This document shows positions 25,787-32,000 of a stretch of DNA of 32,000 bases, piece by piece. Source of the DNA: Opitutales bacterium. Lineage in GTDB: Bacteria; Verrucomicrobiota; Verrucomicrobiia; Opitutales; Coraliomargaritaceae. A model generated the notes under the pieces. The model was given only the letters and a program-made list of their open reading frames with translations, ran no database searches and was not told where the DNA came from. The DNA lies in assembly GCA_049606355.1 (NCBI GenBank), contig JBMYVL010000001.1, positions 106,871 through 138,870 on the forward strand. Reading direction: 5' to 3'. Position 1 is the first letter of the stretch. Each line of letters begins with the position of its first letter. The position numbers were made by a program, and so were the translations under genes.

Positions 25787-26736
25787 AGCTCTTTGGTGGG
25801 GATTCGCGCCTGATCCTCTAGTGACAGTACCGGCTGTGTTAGTGAAAGATTCAGCATATCACCAAAATTCGAAGTATCAAAGCCGATGGGCTGATTGATC
25901 TCAGGCAAAGCATCGGCAACTTGTAAGGTATTTGCTAGACCGACTCCGGTCTCAAAGACTGAGGAGAGCACGACTTGGCTCGCCCTCGGACGAAGGCGAG
26001 CGATCAACCGATTCGGGTCTCCCATCAATGCTGCCTTCACCACGAGCGGCCCCTCCCAATCCCTCAACCAACGATCACCCGCAACGCCGTTCAGTGACTC
26101 ATCCAGAGCGATGGGGATACCTGATTCGGCGGCAAATGTCGCCATCACCAACTCCTGCCCAACAGCGAGCGGTTGCTCAATGAACGCAATCCGCAGACGG
26201 TAAGGGTGCACGAAATCCAGCCATTCCGCCAAATCCTGTGGCGACCAGGCGCCATTAGCATCCAGTCGAAACTGCACGGTCGAAGCTGTCCTTTCCAGAA
26301 GCTCGCGCAGAATTGCCTGTTCCACTGCTGGCGACTCAACACCCACTTTCCATTTAAAGGTCCGATACCCACGCGCTGCTTTTTCAATAAGGTGCCTCTT
26401 CGCGGCCACTCCTGCCGGAAGTAAGGCGGCAATCGGATACGGCCGCCGTGGCTCCGTGCAAACACGCTGCGCACTGCCAATTGCAAACGCACAACACGGC
26501 AAATCTGCTGGGATCTCGCGAGTCGGATCCGCTCGCCATCCCTTCAAAAAAGATTCCGCTGCAGCCAGCGTCTCCGTACCAAATTCTGGGATGGGAGCCA
26601 CCTCTCCATAGCCGATCCCAGCACTACTTTCATGACGGACAATAAAACCCTCGCGCTGCGCCCACACTCGACCCGCAGTCCGCAACGGAGCAGTAAAGCG
26701 CCGGCGATAGGCTTTAAAGGAAAATGAACCCGTCAT
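25759..26736 (-). CDS. menC: o-succinylbenzoate synthase (enolase superfamily)
   Basis: The enolase-superfamily catalytic pattern is FKWKVG (KxK), RLDANGAW, IEQP and ALDES. The gene sits directly upstream of, and overlaps, menE. Confidence 0.8.
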   Translation of the reverse strand: MTGSFSFKAYRRRFTAPLRTAGRVWAQREGFIVRHESSAGIGYGEVAPIPEFGTETLAAAESFLKGWRADPTREIPADLPCCAFAIGSAQRVCTEPRRPYPIAALLPAGVAAKRHLIEKAARGYRTFKWKVGVESPAVEQAILRELLERTASTVQFRLDANGAWSPQDLAEWLDFVHPYRLRIAFIEQPLAVGQELVMATFAAESGIPIALDESLNGVAGDRWLRDWEGPLVVKAALMGDPNRLIARLRPRASQVVLSSVFETGVGLANTLQVADALPEINQPIGFDTSNFGDMLNLSLTQPVLSLEDQARIPTKELWKQLPDCD

Positions 26737-26791
26737 ACCCGAAACTGTTCTTTCTCCTTGAGAAAAGACAATCTTTTGCTGGAGTCAGAAC

Positions 26792-28375
26792 ATGAAAGCT
26801 CCCGCAACCACCAGCCACGACGAGTTCTACCTCCCCGCGGATCCGTTTTTCTCGCGCAACTTGCCCACGGGTCTAACCTACGACGACATCTCTCTCGCCA
26901 CCCTCTATTCTGAGGTATTGCCGCGTGAGACCTGCTTGGCGACTCGGCTCTCCCCTTCGCTGGAGCTACAGATTCCGATCCTCTCATCGGATATGGATAC
27001 GGTAACGGAATCTAAGATGGCGATTCAAATGGCGCTGAATGGTGGTATGGGTCTCATCCACTATAACATGAGCGATGCGGAGCAGGTGCGTGAAGTCGCA
27101 CGCGTCAAGAACCACATCCATGGTTACATACAAGAACCCATCAAAACCGCTCCGGAGCAGCGCATTGGTGAAGTCCTTGAATACATTCGGGAGCGCGGCT
27201 TTGGATTCAGCACCTTCCCAGTGGTTGATGCCGACAACAAGCTGTTAGGCTTGCTCCCCGGCCGCGTGGTCAAAGCCCGCTATGCCGATCGTCTGGTCTC
27301 CGAAGCCATGACTCCCCGCGATCAGGTCTACACCCTTACTGAAGAAGCCATCACCAAGGACCCGATACAAACTGCGGATCGCTTTTTCACTGAACACCTC
27401 GGCATTCACAAATTACTGATCGTCGATGCCCAAGACCACCTCCGCGGCCTCTTCACACTCAGTGATATCGAGCGCATCGCAGCCGAGTCGCACCAATCAG
27501 TCAAGCCGGCTCGTGATGCACACTTCCGCTTGCGTTGCGGCGCCGCCATCGCAGCACATCGCAAAGCGGATGGCTCGCTCGACACCGAGCGTATTCTCAA
27601 CCATGTCGGCCAACTTGTTGAAGAAGGTGTCGATGCAATTGCAGTTTCGACAGCTCATGGATTTTCCAAGGGAGTCGGCGATGCGGTTCGCCTCCTGCGA
27701 GATGCGTTCCCCGACCTAAGCTTGATTGCCGGCAACGTGACCAGCGCAGCCGGCGTTGAATTTCTCGCCGACGCAGGCGCGAATAGCATTAAGATCGGGC
27801 AAGGGCCCGGTTCCATTTGTACCACTCGTATTGTCGCCGGCGTTGGTATTCCACAGATGACCGCACTTTATGTCGCAGCCCATGCCGCTCGAGCAAAAGG
27901 CGTCTCCATTCTGGCCGATGGTGGCATTGCAAAATCGGGCGATATGGTGAAAGCTCTCACGCTTGCCGACGGAGTGATGTGCGGCAGCTTACTCGCCGGT
28001 TGTAACGAAGCTCCCGGACAAATCATCGAGATTAACGGCAAGCTCTACAAACAATACCGCGGCATGGGCAGTTCCGCTGCGATGCAGGACGGATCGGCCG
28101 CACGGTACGGTCACGACCGGAAAGACATTGCGACGAAAGCCGCAGCGGAGGGTATCGAAGCCCTTAAAGAGGCCGCCGGATCGCTTTCCGGAGTTCTTCG
28201 TGAACTGGTGGGTGGCATTCAATCGGGCATGGGCTATCTCGGCGCCGCCTCTCTCGAGGAATTGCGCAACAAAGCTCGCTACATACGCGTCAGCCCTGCA
28301 GGACAAAAAGAGTCCGCACCACACGACGTCATTACCGTTAAGACCAGCGAGGCTTCAAGCGACGGCGGTAAATAA
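26792..28375 (+). CDS. guaB: IMP dehydrogenase (with CBS pair)
   Basis: [18 protein letters not shown], a CBS-pair region, [14 protein letters not shown] (catalytic Cys loop), [14 protein letters not shown] and GSLLAG are canonical IMPDH blocks. Confidence 0.95.
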   Translation: MKAPATTSHDEFYLPADPFFSRNLPTGLTYDDISLATLYSEVLPRETCLATRLSPSLELQIPILSSDMDTVTESKMAIQMALNGGMGLIHYNMSDAEQVREVARVKNHIHGYIQEPIKTAPEQRIGEVLEYIRERGFGFSTFPVVDADNKLLGLLPGRVVKARYADRLVSEAMTPRDQVYTLTEEAITKDPIQTADRFFTEHLGIHKLLIVDAQDHLRGLFTLSDIERIAAESHQSVKPARDAHFRLRCGAAIAAHRKADGSLDTERILNHVGQLVEEGVDAIAVSTAHGFSKGVGDAVRLLRDAFPDLSLIAGNVTSAAGVEFLADAGANSIKIGQGPGSICTTRIVAGVGIPQMTALYVAAHAARAKGVSILADGGIAKSGDMVKALTLADGVMCGSLLAGCNEAPGQIIEINGKLYKQYRGMGSSAAMQDGSAARYGHDRKDIATKAAAEGIEALKEAAGSLSGVLRELVGGIQSGMGYLGAASLEELRNKARYIRVSPAGQKESAPHDVITVKTSEASSDGGK

Positions 28376-28469
28376 ATCAGACTCATGCAGACTCGGGTGG
28401 AGGCAGTTCAGCGACAAAAAAGACTTTCCGAGAGCTCTGCTCGGCCACCGCACCTAACTCATCTATTTC

Positions 28470-30017
28470 ATGCTCACTCCATTTAGTTCACAACTGATCG
28501 CCGACACTGGCATCTCCACAGGAGATGAAGGCAAAGGTCGCGTCATCCTCGAAATTATTGATGAACTGCGCGAAATCACCGGTCGACAAGACGCGGTGGC
28601 GGCAGTTATGAAAGTCAATGGCGGCTCAAACTCAGGGCACACCGTCGCGGGGCTCAAGCTCAACTTACTGCCCGGGGGTGTCGCCGACCCACATGTCCCC
28701 CACCTCCCGATCGGCGCCGGAGTGGTAGCCGACCCACGCAAGTTCCTCTGGGAGTGTGCCTATGCAAAACTACATGGCCATGAAGCGCTCCACCGCCTAG
28801 CGATTGATGAGCGCTGCCAAGTGTCGGACCTCTGCCACCGCCTGCTGGACCTGGCATGGGAGGAGTATCGCGTATCCATTCAAAAGGGCGAGCCGCGAGG
28901 CTCGACCGGGCGCGGGATTACTCCCGCCTACCTCGACGAAGTCGGTCAGTTCCAGATCTACTATGCGGACTTTCTGGGCGACAAAGACGCCTTTGCTACT
29001 AAGTTACGTGGGCGTATCGACCGTGCCATGCGCGTCATCGAGTACATTTGCCAAGTCGCTCCCGAGCGCTGGCCCACATTTTTTGAAACCCTCACGCAGG
29101 CCGAAACCCGCGCTAACGCCGAATTAGTCGAAGCCGGATCCTTCGGTGCCTCTGAGTTCGACTTCAGTCAATTTGCCGGCGCGCAGCCCTTTACACTCAA
29201 CGCGGACCAACTCATCGACAGCTACTGGTCCGCCGGTCAGGTGCTGGCGACCCAAATCACCGATGTGCGCGAACTGGTATTGCGCGCGCAAGATCGCGGG
29301 AACTACATCATCGGTGAATTTGGCCAAGCCTACTGGCTGGATAAGCGACACGGTTTCCCGCCCAACGTCACCGCCTCGCACACCTTTACCCCCGAGTTCT
29401 TCCAGTCTGCAGGGATACCCGCACAGCCCATTCACAATGTCGGCTGCTGCAAAGCTTATGACACTAAAGTAGGCACGCATGTGTTTATTTCCGAAATGGA
29501 TCTTGAACATCCGCTGAGCGTCAAACTGCGACAGATCGAGTTTGGTGCGACAACCGGCCGGCAGCGCATGGTCGGATGGTATGATGCAGTCGAAAAAGGA
29601 GATGCACTTCGCTACGGAGGGTATCAGGATCTGGTCCTCAATAAACTGGATGCGCTCACCTACTCGGACGATTGGAATGGTAGCTTGCTCATTTGTACCG
29701 CCTATCAAGATGCCGACGGTCAGCAGGTGTACCACGTGCCGCGTAATGATCTGTATCGCCGCAGCTTAAAGCCGGTCTACAAAGAACTACCCGGTTGGCA
29801 CGAAGATATTTCTCAAGTCCGCCACTTTGCCGACCTGCCTTTTAATGCGCAGCGCTATGTCGCCTGGATGCTCAAGGCCTTAATCGACGTCGCCAACCAT
29901 GGCGATCAAAACAAGAGTAAACGCCCGAATCTACGCTACATTGGCGTTGGCCCGGAGCCCAGCCAGATCATTAAAGATGTTCCCGAGATTCAGGCACTCC
30001 TGGCTCTTGCCCAATAA
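28470..30017 (+). CDS. purA: adenylosuccinate synthetase family protein, long divergent form
   Basis: PurA signature blocks are present in modified form. These are [11 protein letters not shown] (canonical GxQWGDEGKGK), GGSNSGHT (GGHNAGHT), [11 protein letters not shown] ([11 protein letters not shown]) and [22 protein letters not shown] ([21 protein letters not shown]). Also [15 protein letters not shown] (FGATTGRRRRTGWLD), NKLD (TKLD) and GVGPEP (STGPDR). It is 515 aa against ~430 for typical bacterial PurA. Confidence 0.75.
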   Translation: MLTPFSSQLIADTGISTGDEGKGRVILEIIDELREITGRQDAVAAVMKVNGGSNSGHTVAGLKLNLLPGGVADPHVPHLPIGAGVVADPRKFLWECAYAKLHGHEALHRLAIDERCQVSDLCHRLLDLAWEEYRVSIQKGEPRGSTGRGITPAYLDEVGQFQIYYADFLGDKDAFATKLRGRIDRAMRVIEYICQVAPERWPTFFETLTQAETRANAELVEAGSFGASEFDFSQFAGAQPFTLNADQLIDSYWSAGQVLATQITDVRELVLRAQDRGNYIIGEFGQAYWLDKRHGFPPNVTASHTFTPEFFQSAGIPAQPIHNVGCCKAYDTKVGTHVFISEMDLEHPLSVKLRQIEFGATTGRQRMVGWYDAVEKGDALRYGGYQDLVLNKLDALTYSDDWNGSLLICTAYQDADGQQVYHVPRNDLYRRSLKPVYKELPGWHEDISQVRHFADLPFNAQRYVAWMLKALIDVANHGDQNKSKRPNLRYIGVGPEPSQIIKDVPEIQALLALAQ

Positions 30018-30350
30018 ATGGATGCTGCCCTAATTGCTGCTTGCGAAGCCTTTTCGGAGGGCGATAGCCATTTGGCGATGGCTCATATCGATGCCGCCGT
30101 ACAGTGGGAGATTGTCGGCGATCACCGCATCATCGGCAGGGACGGAGTCGAACAAGCCTGTACTGAAGCTGCGCAAGCAGGTACGCCGGATTTCACCAAC
30201 CATCGCGTCCATGCCCAGACCGATACGGTCATCGTCGAGGGCAGCAATTGTAACGGGGATCTTCACTACTGTGATATTTATCGGATTCGCGAGGGTCGTA
30301 TTCAGACCATCACCTCTTATTGCTTATCTGCCTTAGAGGATACACCGTAG
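30018..30350 (+). CDS. small NTF2/SnoaL-like fold protein (hypothetical)
   Basis: 110 aa. Its ATG directly abuts the purA-like stop (TAAATG). The length and pattern are typical of SnoaL/ketosteroid-isomerase-like proteins: an N-terminal helix (ACEAFSEGD), then W.IVGD, then C-terminal strands (DIYRIREGRIQTITSY). This is a fold-level guess only. Confidence 0.45.
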   Translation: MDAALIAACEAFSEGDSHLAMAHIDAAVQWEIVGDHRIIGRDGVEQACTEAAQAGTPDFTNHRVHAQTDTVIVEGSNCNGDLHYCDIYRIREGRIQTITSYCLSALEDTP

Positions 30351-30359
30351 CAGTCACAA

Positions 30360-30553
30360 CTTTCGCTTCCTACTTTACTGGGCACGATTGGCGTCAATAA
30401 GTAGACCTGCCAGAAAATTAAAAAAATATTTACACTAGCTTAAAAAGCTGCATATATCACTTCTAGAGTAATTTACGTACTCCTAGTACTTTATTGTTTA
30501 CACATTACGTCTAAATGGGTGGCGTACTACGTTTTAATACGTATATTACACAT
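30360..30553 (+). promoter_or_regulatory. AT-rich intergenic island with a sigma70-like promoter and four phased TACGT motifs upstream of the RHH gene
   Basis: TTTACA (30429-34), an 18-nt spacer, then TATATC (30453-58). The spacer contains the palindrome AGCTT-AAA-AAGCT (30437-49). TACGT occurs at 30474, 30506, 30528 and 30538; the outer two are full palindromes TACGTA. Spacings are 32, 22 and 10 bp, close to 3, 2 and 1 helical turns. The last site ends ~11 nt before the ATG at 30554. Confidence 0.4.
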
Positions 30554-30763
30554 ATGAGCAATCGACAAATAAATTGCTGGATTCAGGACGACACCTACGA
30601 ACTCATCGCCCAGCGTGCGAAGCAATCACACCTTAAGCCTTCAGCTTACGGCGCGATGATATTGAACAATTGGGCCGAGAAACAAGATGCTATGACCCCA
30701 GTTGAACAGGAACTCAAAGACCTTCGTGCACGAATCGGCGAAGTCGAGGATTCCAACAAATAG
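30554..30763 (+). CDS. ribbon-helix-helix (CopG/Arc/MetJ-like) DNA-binding protein, orphan
   Basis: 69 aa from ATG 30554, beginning MSNRQINCWIQDDTYELIAQRAKQSHLKPSAYGAMILNNW. The pattern is a short beta-strand, helix A, a turn and helix B, followed by a charged helical tail. GC is visibly lower than in neighbouring genes. The track ORF opens earlier, at 30515. Confidence 0.5.
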   Translation: MSNRQINCWIQDDTYELIAQRAKQSHLKPSAYGAMILNNWAEKQDAMTPVEQELKDLRARIGEVEDSNK

Positions 30764-30881
30764 CTCCGACTCCATTGTTAGGGACATGCCTGCGTTAAGG
30801 CCGACGCACATTACCTTGATTTTTAACGCTACCCCTAGCGAAAATACCCCGCCTTTTATTTGTGAGCCTGCTAGCAGCCAC

Positions 30882-31622
30882 TCACTCTTTATACCAGCGG
30901 CTCGCCTGCGCGATCGTATATTGAAATTTGCGAGCGTGCTCGCGGATCAGAAACGGCAGATCCCACAGCCGATCTAATTTAAACTGCGGCTCTAAGGCCT
31001 CACGCAACCCGTCAAAGGAATCAGTTGCGTCCTTACCCAACCAATTCTGTGGCGGCGTGTAGCACTCCATCCAGGTAAAAGGAGTCGTGATCACTAACTG
31101 CCCGCCGGGCTTAAGCAAGTCGGGCAAACGTTGCAGCAGGCGCATCGGCTCCGGCAGGCGACAGATCAAATTACACGCAAGCACGACATCAAACTGGCCG
31201 AGGTCCGCGCGCAGCGCTTGCGCATCACCTTGCTCGAAATAGACGCGGGAGCGATCAATCGCCGCGTCCACCCGCAGTTCAAGTTGTGTCGTCCGCGCCC
31301 CCTCATCGAGGCGTGTCGCGATATGTTTACCCTCCACTTTCAAACGTTGCGCTGCATCAATGAAAGCCTGCGAAGCATCCAGGCCAATGACTTCGGCGCA
31401 CTGCCGCGCCAACTCAAAACTGGAGCGCCCTACTGCGCAACCAAGATCCAGCGCCCGCGCATTTTCAGGTATGGTCGAGCTATCGAGACCCTCCAAGGCA
31501 CAACGCACCGGGAAATGCAGCGCATCACTGGCACCAAAGGTGTATGAAAACTGCTCCTCGGCCCTGGCGTAGTGAAACACCAGATACTGTTGTAGCAGTT
31601 CGTCGGACTCGTAGGGGTTCAT
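30882..31622 (-). CDS. class I SAM-dependent methyltransferase, resembling the OvoA C-terminal domain family (putative 4-mercaptohistidine N1-methyltransferase)
   Basis: The SAM motif I is ALDLGCAVGRSSFELA and the post-I acidic residue is in VIGLDAS; VVLACNLICRLPEP is also present. From memory, the N-terminal YESDELLQQYLVFHY block is characteristic of stand-alone OvoA-C-terminal-like methyltransferases. The methyltransferase call is secure (~0.85) and the subfamily call is tentative (~0.4). Confidence 0.75.
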   Translation of the reverse strand: MNPYESDELLQQYLVFHYARAEEQFSYTFGASDALHFPVRCALEGLDSSTIPENARALDLGCAVGRSSFELARQCAEVIGLDASQAFIDAAQRLKVEGKHIATRLDEGARTTQLELRVDAAIDRSRVYFEQGDAQALRADLGQFDVVLACNLICRLPEPMRLLQRLPDLLKPGGQLVITTPFTWMECYTPPQNWLGKDATDSFDGLREALEPQFKLDRLWDLPFLIREHARKFQYTIAQASRWYKE

Positions 31623-31689
31623 GATTTAAGGGGCACGGCAATCGAATCCCCAAGGGTCTTGCTTAACGGGCAGTCAATCCCGCAATGAT

Positions 31690-32000
31690 TCAAGCCTCAA
31701 CAGTCAGTTCGGACTCCAAGCAATCGACCATGAAGGCTGCGGGGCGGTAATGCTCAATGAGTACCGTCGTCACCCCGTCCTTGATCATACGGGCCTGCAA
31801 CAAACGAATCTCGGGTGTTTTGTGAGGGGCATACAGCACATCATCGTGCGAGGCATTCTTATGCTCCTTAAATAGGTCCGGGGTAATGTTGCCGCCAAGA
31901 TGATCATCGCGACCGGTCGCCACATGAATAGTACCCAAGATCTTCTCATCCTGAATATCACGTCCCGAGAACGGCAAGACCTGGGTACCAAAGCCCAATT
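31690..32000 (-). CDS. C-terminal ~100 aa of a gene whose N-terminus lies beyond the window; possibly an M29 (aminopeptidase T/AmpS)-like metallopeptidase
   Basis: The open frame runs off the right edge. DEKILGTIHVATGRD...GGN...SHDDV resembles the C-terminal DEKIGGTIH.A.G...HWD region of M29 peptidases. The resemblance was judged by eye only. Confidence 0.35.
   Translation of the reverse strand, partial: LGFGTQVLPFSGRDIQDEKILGTIHVATGRDDHLGGNITPDLFKEHKNASHDDVLYAPHKTPEIRLLQARMIKDGVTTVLIEHYRPAAFMVDCLESELTVEA

Noticed and set aside
28385-28486. A small ORF (MQTRVEAVQRQKRLSESSARPP...) in the guaB / purA-like intergenic region.
   Set aside because: It overlaps the purA-like start out of frame and has no ribosome-binding site or recognisable features. 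It is probably chance.
29124-29735. A 203-aa minus-strand ORF inside the purA-like gene. Similar antisense ORFs lie inside ilvD (20157-20645) and the UvrA fusion.
   Set aside because: These are shadow ORFs opposite well-supported genes and have no motifs.
30554-30977. The RHH gene as the antitoxin of a toxin-antitoxin pair, with the 91-aa ORF at 30702-30977 as the toxin.
   Set aside because: The 91-aa ORF overlaps the RHH 3' end out of frame and the methyltransferase 3' end antisense. It starts at a non-ATG codon and has no toxin-like motifs. No other ORF fits in the 118-nt gap.
1-32000. A scan for CRISPR arrays, tRNA/rRNA genes, IS elements, integrases, long direct or inverted repeats and riboswitch-like leaders upstream of guaB, ilvD, pheA and aroQ.
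   Set aside because: I found no regularly spaced repeats, no cloverleaf-capable conserved tRNA boxes and no transposase or recombinase motifs. The intergenic regions upstream of these biosynthetic genes are too short (33-127 nt) or lack the conserved cores I would recognise. A covariance-model scan would be needed to exclude small RNAs.

Overview
This is a densely coding bacterial chromosomal segment. GC is roughly mid-50s % by eye. The protein set has a loosely PVC/Verrucomicrobia-like feel, but lineage cannot be fixed from sequence alone. I can support about 24 protein genes. I found no rRNA, tRNA, CRISPR array, transposase or integrase. Most genes are housekeeping: recD2, tcdA, a NIF3-family gene, aroQ, an SNF2-family helicase, a DEAD-box RNA helicase, pheA, scpB, ilvD, pgi, rsmI, menE-menC, guaB and a divergent purA-like gene. 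The non-routine part is the left 11 kb, a tightly packed same-strand run of five genes. In order they are recD2, an FeS-cluster (6-4)-type photolyase (PhrB/CryB-like), a DUF2071/YqjF protein, a 188-aa ORF and a 1888-aa UvrA-like protein. The 188-aa ORF starts 1 nt after the DUF2071 stop and carries RuvC-like D...E...HxxDA motifs. The 1888-aa protein is a head-to-tail fusion of two complete UvrA-like units, giving four ABC ATPase modules in one chain. Both units lack the zinc-module-1 cysteines, and only the second unit lacks the insertion domain. I put this run forward as the best candidate for an uncharacterised DNA-damage or DNA-surveillance module; that is inference from motifs and gene order only. 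Secondary observations are listed here. (1) PheA has a partially duplicated chorismate-mutase domain whose two copies have lost complementary residues. (2) The 515-aa adenylosuccinate-synthetase-like protein has the conserved Arg143-equivalent replaced and is directly abutted by an NTF2-like ORF. (3) An AT-rich ~200-bp island holds four helically phased TACGT motifs upstream of an orphan ribbon-helix-helix gene. (4) The leader upstream of the DEAD-box helicase is structured. (5) A stand-alone OvoA-C-terminal-like methyltransferase sits near the right edge. Coordinates of features not in the ORF track were hand-counted and may be off by 1-2 nt.
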